From: Terriglobia bacterium
GTDB taxonomy: Bacteria; Acidobacteriota; Polarisedimenticolia; Polarisedimenticolales; JAIQFR01
Length of the DNA stretch: 64,000 nt
Reading direction: 5' to 3'
NCBI GenBank assembly: GCA_963748015.1
Contig: CAVVHE010000005.1
Location: 128,001 to 192,000, forward strand
Shown in pieces: positions 37,602 through 47,381 of this stretch. Numbering within the stretch: position 1 is the stretch's first letter; every line of letters starts with the position of its first letter. The notes beneath the pieces are model-generated. The model was not told where the DNA came from. It saw only the letters and a program-made list of their open reading frames with translations, and did not search any database. Made by a program: the position numbers and the translations under genes.

Positions 37602-38740
37602 ATGAAAACCAAACAGCTCCAGTCCCTGGCCGCGAAGCACGGCACCCCGCTGGTCGTCATCGACCACGAGATCATCCGCCGGAACTACGCCGCATTCCGC
37701 AAACACCTGCCCAAGGTGCAGGGCTATTACGCCGTCAAGGCCAACCCGGCGCCGGAAATCGTCCGCACGCTCTACAAGGCCGGGGCCAGTTTCGACGTCG
37801 CCTCCCTGCCGGAGTTCATGACGGTCTACGAGAACATCCGCCGGCTGCCCAAGGCAAGCAGCAGGATTTCATCTGGGACAAGATCATCTACGCCAACCCG
37901 ACCAAGCCCAAGGAAACGCTGCTGGCCTTGGACCAGTACAAGCCGCTGGTCACCTTCGACAACCTGACCGAGCTCGAGAAGATCAAGCGGTTCGCGCCGC
38001 ATGCCGGGGTGGTGCTGCGGCTGCGCGGTGCCGAACACCGGTTCCCAGTGCGAGCTATCCTCCAAGTTCGGCTGCGATCCCGGCGAGGCGGTGGACCTCA
38101 TCCAGGCCGCGTTCCGGCTGGGGCTGGTGGTCGAGGGCATCAGCTTCCACGTGGGCAGCCAGTGCACCAATTTCCAGAACTTCGTCCAGGCCCTCAACGC
38201 CGCCGCGGCGGTCATGCAGGAGGCCCGGGACCGCGGCCAGGCACGAGATCAAGATCCTCGACATCGGCGGCGGATTTCCCGCGCCCTACAACGAGCACGT
38301 CAAGCCGTTCAGCGAACTGGCGCGGGTGATCAACGCCGAGATCGACCGGTTGTTCGCCCCGGACATCCAGATCCTGGCCGAGCCGGGCCGATTCCTCGTC
38401 GCCACCGCGGCCACCGCCATGGCCCGGGTCATCGGCAAGGCGGTGCGCGACGGCAAGCGCTGTTATTACATCGACGACAGCGTCTACCACACCTACAGCG
38501 GCATCATCTTCGACCACTGCCAATATCCGCTCAAGGCGTTCAAGAAGGGCAAACGCGAGGTCTGCGCGGTGTTCGGCCAGACCTGTGACGGCCTGGACGT
38601 GATTTCGCAGTCCGAACTGCTGCCCGAATCTGGAGATGGACGACCTGGTGTATTCGGAGAACATCGGCGCCTACAGCAACGCCTCGGCCACCTGGTTCAA
38701 CGGCTTCCCGCCGGCGCCGGTGGTGCATGTGAATCTTTGA
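37602..38740 (+). CDS. Fold-type III PLP ornithine/lysine decarboxylase, frameshifted
   Basis: YAVKAN (PLP Lys), FDVAS, SKFG, SFHVGSQ, DIGGG, AEPGR, GQTCDGLD, GAYS..FNGF. Confidence 0.9.
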
Positions 38741-39355
38741 GCACGCCGCGAATCCACCCTCGACCCAGAGCGCAGGGGTTTCGAGCCTTCGGGCGGCGCC
38801 AATGTGGGCTTTACCAAACAGATAGTCCATCGCCCTCGGCGTTGAAGGCTCAGGCAATCTCCTCGGCTTGGAGCGGATGAAACTTGCGGCGCTCGTTCAT
38901 TTGGCACGCTTGAATCCAAGGTCATCAGACAGGGGTTTCACAGCAGGCGATCGCGATGGTTGACCAGGCGTTGGACTTTGCGATAGGAAAGGCCAACCCC
39001 TTAGCGCAGCCACGCGGCGGTGGCTTTGGCGACCGGGCCGATGGCCGCGTGGCGCATTTCGCCGGGGCCGGTTTGATGAACGGGCCGTTGGCAGTGTTGC
39101 ACCCCAGAAAGGCGGAGCGCATCCGCAACCACCCCCCCCGGCCCCGTCGAGGAGATCCGATGACTGTGCCGGGTGGGCACCCTTCGAGCCGAAGGTGTAT
39201 ACCAAAGTATGTCTGCCCGAAACAGGGAGGGATCAGGTAGCCTCTGCCCCGGTTGGCATAAGGGCGGTTTTCTTGAGAAAGGTGGCGTGGTGGAATCAAA
39301 AAGGGTGGGGAAATCTTCAGATCGGTTGGATTCAGGGTCCAACCAGCTCTTCTTA

Positions 39356-40039
39356 ATGGGAGAGTTGGGGCATGTTCTGGCGCATGAGCTGGCTCAGCCG
39401 CTCAGTTCAATGGTGGGCAACGCCGCCACTGCGCTGCACTCGGCACGATCCTGCCCCCACCAAAGCTGCGGCAACACCGCGGTCCTGCAGGACCTCCTGA
39501 CCGAGTCGACCCGCATGCGCTGGGTGCTCCAAACCCTCCGCGCCCTGGCCCGCGGGCAGCCTCGCATGCAACCCCGGGTCGATTTGAACGGTTTGATCTC
39601 GGACATCGTGCAACGCCATTCCCGGAACAATCGGACCCGGCGTGTGGTCGTGCGCCGGCGACTGGGGGCCGGCTTGCCAGGTGTCTGGATGGATCCGATC
39701 CAAATGCAGCAGGTGATATGGAGCCTGCTCGACAACGCCTGCGACGCGCTCCTCGAGGCTGAAACTTCGCGTCCCACCATTGAGATCCACACAAGGGCTG
39801 CCGGTGACAAGGCGGTTGAAGTCGCGGTTTACGACAACGGGCCGGGAGTGCCTGCCGCGTTGCTCCCCCGGCTCTCCTATGATCTGGTGACCACAAAGGC
39901 GGGTGGAACCGGACTGGGACTGATCCTCTGCCGGACAGTGATCGAACAGCATCATGGAACATTGACAGCCGAGAACCACTGTCCCCACGGGACAACCATG
40001 CGAATCCGGCTCCCCATCCGTCAGGAGAAGACTTCATGA
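39356..40039 (+). CDS. Histidine kinase core lacking a sensor domain
   Basis: H-box LAHELAQPL, N-box QQV..LLDNACDA, DNGPG, TTK.GGTGLGL. Start uncertain (could be up to about 60 codons upstream). Confidence 0.8.
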   Translation: MGELGHVLAHELAQPLSSMVGNAATALHSARSCPHQSCGNTAVLQDLLTESTRMRWVLQTLRALARGQPRMQPRVDLNGLISDIVQRHSRNNRTRRVVVRRRLGAGLPGVWMDPIQMQQVIWSLLDNACDALLEAETSRPTIEIHTRAAGDKAVEVAVYDNGPGVPAALLPRLSYDLVTTKAGGTGLGLILCRTVIEQHHGTLTAENHCPHGTTMRIRLPIRQEKTS

Positions 40040-40680
40040 GTCTGGAGATGGGTGTGGTCTTGATTCTGGATGATGACCCGAGCGTCTGCAGGAGCCTTGC
40101 GCGTCTGCTCGGCGTCAATGGATACCAGACCCAGATAGTTGCTGACGCGTCCGAGCTGCTATCCAAACCGCCCGTCAAGAAGCCAGCCTGCCTGATCCTG
40201 GACTTGAAGCTGGGCAAGATCGATGGACTGGACCTCCTGCGCCAGATCGCCGACAAGGGTCACGATCACCCGATCATTGTCCTGACCGCCTACGGCAGCG
40301 TCTCCACAGCCGTTGAAGCCATGCGCCTTGGGGCGGACGATTTCCTCGAAAAGCCTTATGAACCGGATACGCTCCTGGCTTCCGTGTCCCGAGCCCTGGA
40401 ACGATCCCGGCAGGAAGCCTCCGCGCGCTCCGAACTGTCCAAACTTCGCGCCCGTGCCGCCCGTCTCACACCGCGCGAGCGCCAGGTCATCGAATTGGTG
40501 ACCCGGGGCATGCTCAACAAGGAAATTGCCGACCAACTCGGCCTGGCCGAGATCACCGTCAAGATCCATCGCGGCCGGGCCATGCGCCGAATCGGGGCGC
40601 ACAACGCCGTCCAACTCGCCCAACTGGCCGCGCTCATCAGTTTGGGCTCCGCGAAACCTTCTCCGAAACGCCGGTCTTGA
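40036..40680 (+). CDS. FixJ/LuxR-family response regulator
   Basis: ILDDD, LILDL, LTAYG, FLEKP receiver; LTPRE..GMLNKEIA..TVKIHR HTH; ATGA overlap with the kinase. Confidence 0.93.
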   Translation: MSLEMGVVLILDDDPSVCRSLARLLGVNGYQTQIVADASELLSKPPVKKPACLILDLKLGKIDGLDLLRQIADKGHDHPIIVLTAYGSVSTAVEAMRLGADDFLEKPYEPDTLLASVSRALERSRQEASARSELSKLRARAARLTPRERQVIELVTRGMLNKEIADQLGLAEITVKIHRGRAMRRIGAHNAVQLAQLAALISLGSAKPSPKRRS

Positions 40681-40837
40681 ATCGGCTGCCCATCGTAGCT
40701 TCGCCGCTTGACCGGGTGCCCTAATGGGTGACTTCTGTTTTGCTGATGGCTGTTCACCCTGGGTCAGGCCCGCTGTTGTGGTTTGAAGTTGTCAACTCCG
40801 CTTGCACCCTGAGCGGAGCTTGCTAGCTTCGCGGTGA

Positions 40838-42619
40838 ATGGACGATTCCTTGACACCCAATCCGCGTTCTGCGGTCCATGAAGTCCTGGAGGCGGCTTCT
40901 GCGAAGCCCACGATCACGGCGCCGCGCAAGTTGCCGCCTGGTTTTCCACCCGAGGCCGTGGCGCTGCACATGCTCGGGGTGGATTACAGCCATCTCAAGA
41001 CCAGCGATGGCGGGGACCTTTACCTGACCCAGTTTGGGCGTGTCTTCTGGCGCTACCTGCAACCGGACAACTGGTATGAACGTCAGTGGTTCACCGCCCA
41101 CCGGCAACGGCTGCACGGCACCAGCACGGTGTACCGGGTTCCCACCCGCCCGGTCGCTGGACGGTCCATCAACCTGGTGGTGAAGTTCTCGCGGGTGGGC
41201 GAGGAAATCCCAATGGACACCTTCACCATCAACAAGTTCGTCAACGCCGAGTTCAACAGTCCGTTCGAGGAATTCTCCTTCCTGATGGAATTGCGCGAGG
41301 GGCGCATGGGGCCGCAGTCCATCCAGATCAAGACGCAGCATCCGCTGGCCATTTATGTGCCCTCCCGCCGGCTCCAGCTCTGGCAGACCGGCCGGTCCGA
41401 GGCCAAGATCAAGGCCAAGATCACCAAGCATTCCGGCGTCGAAATCGACATCCTGCGTCAATACGTCGTGGTGTTCGGCTGGATCAAGGGATTGGATGCG
41501 GTGCAAACCGCCGACCACCTCCGGCTGAAGGGCGAGGCGCGCAGCCGGTTCCTGGCCCAGACCAACAGCCTGGTGGTGCATGAGCTGGCCCAGAAGGGCT
41601 ATCAGGTGGCGGACATGAAACCGGAGCACATCATCATGCGACCGCAACCGGACGGCAGCCTGCTGCGCGACCGCAACGGCCAGTTCGTCTATGGCCTGGT
41701 CGATTACGAGCTTTTGCATCGATCCCCCGAGCACGAGCAGGCCGTGCGCAGCGCCACCCGCCAATTCTACCTGAAGCACATGGCCCGGCGCTTTGATATC
41801 GGCCCCCGCAAACCAGTCCCCTCGCATCTCAAAGCCGTCAGCATCCTGGGCGTGGATTACATCTTTGGCCACGCGGAAAGCACCGGGGGATTCTTATGGG
41901 TGGTGGGGCGGGATCCGGACCTGTTCAATTTCTTCCTGCCCGAACGCTGGCGTCGGACACAGAAAACCGCCCTTTCCGAGAGCAACCAAGTCTACTACAC
42001 GCGTACCAAAGATGACATCAACCTCGTCTGGCGCGTTTCCCGGATGGGGGACATCGCCCGGTCCCATACGGGCAAGGCGCGCCGGAAGGCCATTCATGAG
42101 CACGGCTATAACAGCCCGTTCGAAGAGTTCGCCATCGCTCTGGACCTGACCCGGGGCGGCGCGCGCGTGGTCTATCCGCGCGCGATTTACATGACCGGGA
42201 GCCTGCGCGATGCGGACCGGGCGTTGAGCGATGATCGCCGGTTCAACGCGGTCAACCAAATCCTCACGCCTGAGGGCGAGCTGCTCCTGCGCCGGGACCG
42301 GGATTACATCACCGTGTGGGGGTTCTGGAACGGGCCGGACGAAATGCTGGCCGCCGACGACACGCGCCGCTACAGGGCTCTCAACGCCGGGGAAGCGCAC
42401 CAGCAGGGACTGATCGACAACGTCACCCTCCAGACATTGCTCCAGCTCAAGCTGGAGCGGCTCAAGCGTTGCGGGATCGAGGATCTCAACCCCAAACCGG
42501 ATCATCTGCTGGTCTCCTTCGATCACCAGGGCACCTTGGTCCGGGATGCCGAAGGCAACCCGGAAATCCGCCTGTGCAATTTCGAGCTGCTGCGCAAGCC
42601 GTCCTCGACGTCTGCGTGA
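40838..42619 (+). CDS. Hypothetical protein with two tandem protein-kinase-like domains
   Basis: Internal duplication: LGVDY, INLV, NSPFEEF, AIY, KP.H and ELL each occur twice. Confidence 0.7.
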   Translation: MDDSLTPNPRSAVHEVLEAASAKPTITAPRKLPPGFPPEAVALHMLGVDYSHLKTSDGGDLYLTQFGRVFWRYLQPDNWYERQWFTAHRQRLHGTSTVYRVPTRPVAGRSINLVVKFSRVGEEIPMDTFTINKFVNAEFNSPFEEFSFLMELREGRMGPQSIQIKTQHPLAIYVPSRRLQLWQTGRSEAKIKAKITKHSGVEIDILRQYVVVFGWIKGLDAVQTADHLRLKGEARSRFLAQTNSLVVHELAQKGYQVADMKPEHIIMRPQPDGSLLRDRNGQFVYGLVDYELLHRSPEHEQAVRSATRQFYLKHMARRFDIGPRKPVPSHLKAVSILGVDYIFGHAESTGGFLWVVGRDPDLFNFFLPERWRRTQKTALSESNQVYYTRTKDDINLVWRVSRMGDIARSHTGKARRKAIHEHGYNSPFEEFAIALDLTRGGARVVYPRAIYMTGSLRDADRALSDDRRFNAVNQILTPEGELLLRRDRDYITVWGFWNGPDEMLAADDTRRYRALNAGEAHQQGLIDNVTLQTLLQLKLERLKRCGIEDLNPKPDHLLVSFDHQGTLVRDAEGNPEIRLCNFELLRKPSSTSA

Positions 42620-42876
42620 CCTGCGCCGCAGGGTGAGGCGCGTCTCACTTCTTGGGCTGGAGAGCATTGCGAGATCCGCCCACCTCCTGAAATTCACATT
42701 GACGGCAGGCGGTCTTTGACCCTCACTTCCATCATGATGGAGCTTATGTGCCTGGTCCTGCGGGACCGGCCGGATGAGTTCAGTCTGGCAACTGGGGAAT
42801 GGGTAAGTCCGGCGGAATCGCTTCGCGCTGCTCGCCAGCCAGGAGTCGCGGCGCCTGTGTCCGGGGAGGCAGTCCG

Positions 42877-44728
42877 ATGAATCGATTCTTCCCGTTTCGA
42901 CCGAAGCTGCTGGAATGCCTTCGGGGTTACGACCGCCAGGGTTTTCTCGCGGACTTGGTTGCCGGCATGACCGTGGGCATCGTGGCCTTGCCGCTGGCCA
43001 TGGCCTTTGCCATCGCCTCCGGCGTGCCGCCGCAGGCGGGCATCTTCACCGCGGTCATCGCGGGCTTCATCATCTCCGCGCTGGGCGGCACGCGGGTGTG
43101 CATCGGCGGTCCCACCGGCGCGTTCATCGTCATCCTCTACGGCATCCACGCCAAGTACGGCCCGGAGAACCTCGCCATCTGCACCATCATGGCCGGCGTC
43201 ATCCTGTTGATCATGGGCGCGGCCCGGCTGGGGACGATGATCAAATACATCCCCTACCCGGTGACCATGGGTTTCACCTCGCGGCATCGCCGTGCTCATC
43301 TTCAGCACGCAGATCAAGGATTTCTTCGGCCTGCAGCATGGACAAGGTGCCGTCCGAATTCGTCGAGAAGATGCGCGTGCTGGCCGAGCACGCCGGCACC
43401 GTCCAATGGCCGACGGTCGCTGCTGGCCGCAGCGCTCGCTGGCGATCATCATGCTTCTGGCCGCAAAGCCTGGCAGCGTCGCGTGCCGGGCTCGATTGTG
43501 GCGCTGGTCCTGGGCACGCTGGCGGTGGCCCTGTTCTCAACTGCCCGTGGAGACCATCGGCAGCAAGTTCGGCGGCATTCCCCAGGGCCTGCCCACCCCG
43601 CACATGCCCGACGTTGTCCTGGGACAACATCCGCGCACCTCGTCCAACCCGCCACCACCATCGCGCTGCTGGCCGCCATCGAGTCGCTGCTTTGCGCCGT
43701 GGTGGCCGACGGCATGATGGATGACCGGCACGACTCGAACCAGGAGCTCATGGCGCAGGGCCTGGCCAACATCGTCAGCCCGCTCTTCGGCGGCATCGCC
43801 GCCACCGGCGCCATCGCCCGCACCGCCACCAACGTCCGAAGCGGCGCCCGCACGCCCGTGGCCGGCATCATTCACGCCCTGACCCTGCTGGTCATCATTC
43901 TGGTCGCCGCGCCGCTGGCGCGTTACATCCCCCTGGCCGCGCTCAGCGCCGTGCTGGTCAACGTGGCCCTGCAACATGGGCGAGTGGCACAACTTCAGGC
44001 CGGCTCCGCAAATGGCCGCGTCAGTGACGCCGCGGTGTTCCTCACCGCCTTCGGGCTGACGGTGATCATCGATCTGACCGTGGCGGTGGAGATCGGCATG
44101 GTGCTGGCCGCCGTCCTTTTCATCAAACGCGTCTCGGAAACCACCCAGATCACGCGGTGGACGAGAGCACCGAGACCGAAGGCTCGCAGCATTCGCTCGT
44201 CGGCACGCGAGATCCCCCGCGGCGTGATGGTCTATCGCATCTTCGGCTCCTTCTTCTTCGGCGCGGCGGACAAGCTCGAGAGCGCGCTCAAGCGGCTCAA
44301 GGAGGAGCCCGAGGTGCTGATCCTGCGCATGCGCAAGGTGCTGGCGATGGACGCCACCGGGCTGAACGCGCTCGAGGACCTCTGCGAACGCCTGCGCCGC
44401 AAAGGCAAACACCTCATCCTCAGCGGACCGCACACCCAGCCCTTTCATGGTGATGGAAAAGGCCGGGTTCATCCAATGGCTCGGGCGCGAGAATGTCTGC
44501 GCCCACATCGCGGCCTCCCTGGCCCGGGCCCGCGAGATTCTCGGCCTGCCTCCCGAAGCGAGCCACGACCCCTTGCGCGCCGAGAAGGACAAGATCGAAG
44601 CCGTGCGCCAGGAACTCACCTCCGCCCTGGAACGCGCCGATGCGGTCTTGAATCCGCCGGCCCGGGGCGGAACCCCGTCCACACCGTCATCCCCCGGGGA
44701 TGCTCCCCCGGCCTCCCGCCGCCCCTGA
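42877..44728 (+). CDS. SulP/SLC26 anion transporter with STAS domain, frameshifted
   Basis: DLVAG.TVGIVALPLAMAFAIASG, IGGPTGAF, IESLL, NQEL.AQG.AN, TGAIART..N..SGARTP; STAS FFGAA..MDATGL. Confidence 0.92.
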
Positions 44729-44745
44729 CCCGCTAAGGACGCGCC

Positions 44746-45438
44746 ATGTATCTGAACATCGTCGAACTGGCCGAGTCGTTTGGGGTCGAGGAACGCGTGA
44801 TTCAGGACTGGGTGCGCCATGAGGGTCTGCCGCACGTGCCGGACCGCGGGCGGCTGAGATTTGATCGAGCGCAGGTGATCGCCTGGGCCGCCGAGAGCGG
44901 CCATGCCGCGAAGGCCGGCTTTCTTGCGGCGCAGCAGCCCAATGTCCACGCCGGGCCGCGCCTGGAACCCTTGCTGCGCACCGGCGGCATCTGGCGCGAG
45001 GTGCCGGCGAACGGCGTCCTGGACCGGCTCGAACAGGTGGTCGGTCGCCTCGCAGGCGCCACGCCCCCGGTGCGCCAACTGTTGACCCAACGATTGCGGG
45101 CTCCCGACGGCATCTCCTGGGCGCCGATTGGCGAGGGGCTGGCGCTGCCGCATCTCCGCGTGCCGGTGGCCCTGGGACGCGAGGGCGGCGTGCTCGCGCT
45201 GCTGCTGTTGCGTGAGGCTCTGGAACAGCCGTCGCTGGACCATGTGCCCATCACGCGGTTGCTCTTCTTCATCGCACCCTCGCCGCGGGCGCACCTCGAG
45301 TTGCTCGGCCAGCTCAGCACCGTGCTGCTCCGGGGCCGGTTGAAACCCCTGCTGCTGGCCGGAGCACCGGATGATGAGATTATTGCCGCGCTGGATCCGG
45401 CCGCCGACGCCAGCGCGTCCAGACAATCCGCACCATGA
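44746..45438 (+). CDS. HTH (excisionase-like) fused to PTS EIIA (Ntr/Fru-type) domain
   Basis: N-terminal LAESFGV..IQDWV..LP..LRFDR; EIIA GEGLALPH and HLELL..L. Confidence 0.85.
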   Translation: MYLNIVELAESFGVEERVIQDWVRHEGLPHVPDRGRLRFDRAQVIAWAAESGHAAKAGFLAAQQPNVHAGPRLEPLLRTGGIWREVPANGVLDRLEQVVGRLAGATPPVRQLLTQRLRAPDGISWAPIGEGLALPHLRVPVALGREGGVLALLLLREALEQPSLDHVPITRLLFFIAPSPRAHLELLGQLSTVLLRGRLKPLLLAGAPDDEIIAALDPAADASASRQSAP

Positions 45439-47381
45439 CTCCAGGCCCTCTGCTGCTGGTCGCAGCCCTTGGACTGGCGACCGGAATGATCGGCTGCCGG
45501 CGGATGCGGTTCTGGCTGGCGTCGACCCTGGCCGGATGTGCGGGCGGATTGGCGGCTGGCGCGTGGGTTTTGATCGCTGGCCCCGTTTGGGAGTGGGAAC
45601 CCGGCCTCGTGCTGGGCGGGCAATTCGTGCATTTGCGGCTGGATGCGATCAGTGCCTTCTTCCTTTCACTGCTGGCGCTGCTCGGGGGTGTGGGCAGCCT
45701 TTACGCCTCGGAGTATTGGATTGACCGCGCGCATCCGGTGTCGGGGCCCTCGGGCCGGATCTGGTGGAACGCGCTGCTCGGGTTCATGGCCATGGTGTTG
45801 ATGTCGGCCAATGGATTGCACTTCCTGATCGCCTGGGAACTGTTCGCGGTCTGCGCGTATTTTCTGATCACGCGCGAGCGCCACAAGCGGGAGGTGCGCG
45901 CGGCGGGCTGGCTCTACCTGGCGGCGTCGCATGCGGGAACGCTCTGCCTGTTCGCCTTCTTTGCCAGCCTGGCGGCGCGAACGGGAAGCTGGGAGCTGGG
46001 CCCCTTGCGGGACCGGCCCGAGCTGGCCCCGTTGTTCTGGCTGGCGCTGTTCGGCTTCGGGGTGAAGGCGGGATTGTTTCCGTTGCATGTTTGGCTGCCG
46101 TCCGCGCACGCCAATGCGCCCAGCCACGTCTCGGCCATCCTCTCGGGTGTGGCGATCAAGATGGGCATTTACGGCCTGGTCCGGTTCACCGGCTGGCTGC
46201 CGGTGCCCGAGGCGGGGGGATGGGTTGTGGCGGGCTTGGGCGTGGCCAGTGCGGTGCTGGGCGTGGCCTTCGCCCTCGGCCAGCACGATCTCAAACGGCT
46301 GCTCGCCTATCACAGCGTGGAAAACATCGGCATCATCCTGATCGGACTCGGGTTCGCCTTGATTGCGGCGGCGCGCGGCGACGCGGCATGGGGTCGCCTG
46401 GCGCTGGCCGGCGGATTGTTGCACGTCTGGAACCACGGGCTGTTCAAGGGGCTGCTGTTCCTCGGGGCGGGGTCGGTGTTGCACGCCACCGGCACGCGCG
46501 AGATGAGCCGCCTCGGCGGTTTGTGGCGAACTATGCCCTGGACCGCCGCGTTGTTCGGACTCGGCGCGGCGGCCATCAGCGGCCTGCCGCCGCTCAATGG
46601 ATTTGTCAGCGAATGGCTGGTTTATCTCGGCCTGTTCGAGGCGGCGTCATCGCGCGGCCCTGTGTCGTGGGCGGCGGTGCCGGCGGCGATTCTGCTGGGC
46701 ATGACCGGGGCGCTGGCGCTGGCGTGCTTTGTGAAGGTGTGCGGCGTGGTGTTCCTGGGCCTGCCGCGCAGCCGCGCGGCGCAATGTGCCCACGAATGCG
46801 GACCGTCCATGCGCGCGGCCATGATCATCCTCGCCGCCGCCTGCATCGCCATCGGCCTGGTTCCCGTGCTCTTCTGGCCCGCAGTGACCCACGCGGTGGC
46901 GGCATGGCGACCGGAATGGGATGCGGCCATGCCTGCGGTGCCCCTGAACACACTGGGGAGGGTCCACACGACGCTGGCTGTCGTCGCCGCATTGGCGGTT
47001 GCGCTCCTGTGGTCGCGCGTGAAGCGCAACGGCGTCGTGCGCGCGGTGACCTGGGACTGCGGTTACGCGGCGCCGACAACGCGCATGCAATACACCGCCG
47101 GCTCGTTCGCGGGCATCATCACGGGCTGGTTCGGCTGGATTCTGCGGCCGCGGACCCATGCGCAGCCGGTGCAGGGCCTTTTCCCGGCGACCGCTTTTCA
47201 TGAACAACACACGCCGGAGACGGTGCTCGAGGACCTGGTGGAACCCGCGGGTTCGATGGTCATGCGCCTGTCCACCGCCGTGCGCCGGCTGCAGCATGGG
47301 CGGATGTCGGCTTACATCCTGTATCTGCTGATCGGCGTGGCAGCGCTGGCGCTGCTGGCTGTGTGGGGAGGCGCGCCATGA
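45435..47381 (+). CDS. hyfB: HyfB-like antiporter-type membrane subunit
   Basis: AWE, GFGVKAG..PLHVWLP.AH..AP..SA..SG, DLKRLLAYHSVEN, NHGLFK..LF, GLPPLNGF.SE, TWDCGY, MQYT. Confidence 0.85.
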   Translation: MTPGPLLLVAALGLATGMIGCRRMRFWLASTLAGCAGGLAAGAWVLIAGPVWEWEPGLVLGGQFVHLRLDAISAFFLSLLALLGGVGSLYASEYWIDRAHPVSGPSGRIWWNALLGFMAMVLMSANGLHFLIAWELFAVCAYFLITRERHKREVRAAGWLYLAASHAGTLCLFAFFASLAARTGSWELGPLRDRPELAPLFWLALFGFGVKAGLFPLHVWLPSAHANAPSHVSAILSGVAIKMGIYGLVRFTGWLPVPEAGGWVVAGLGVASAVLGVAFALGQHDLKRLLAYHSVENIGIILIGLGFALIAAARGDAAWGRLALAGGLLHVWNHGLFKGLLFLGAGSVLHATGTREMSRLGGLWRTMPWTAALFGLGAAAISGLPPLNGFVSEWLVYLGLFEAASSRGPVSWAAVPAAILLGMTGALALACFVKVCGVVFLGLPRSRAAQCAHECGPSMRAAMIILAAACIAIGLVPVLFWPAVTHAVAAWRPEWDAAMPAVPLNTLGRVHTTLAVVAALAVALLWSRVKRNGVVRAVTWDCGYAAPTTRMQYTAGSFAGIITGWFGWILRPRTHAQPVQGLFPATAFHEQHTPETVLEDLVEPAGSMVMRLSTAVRRLQHGRMSAYILYLLIGVAALALLAVWGGAP

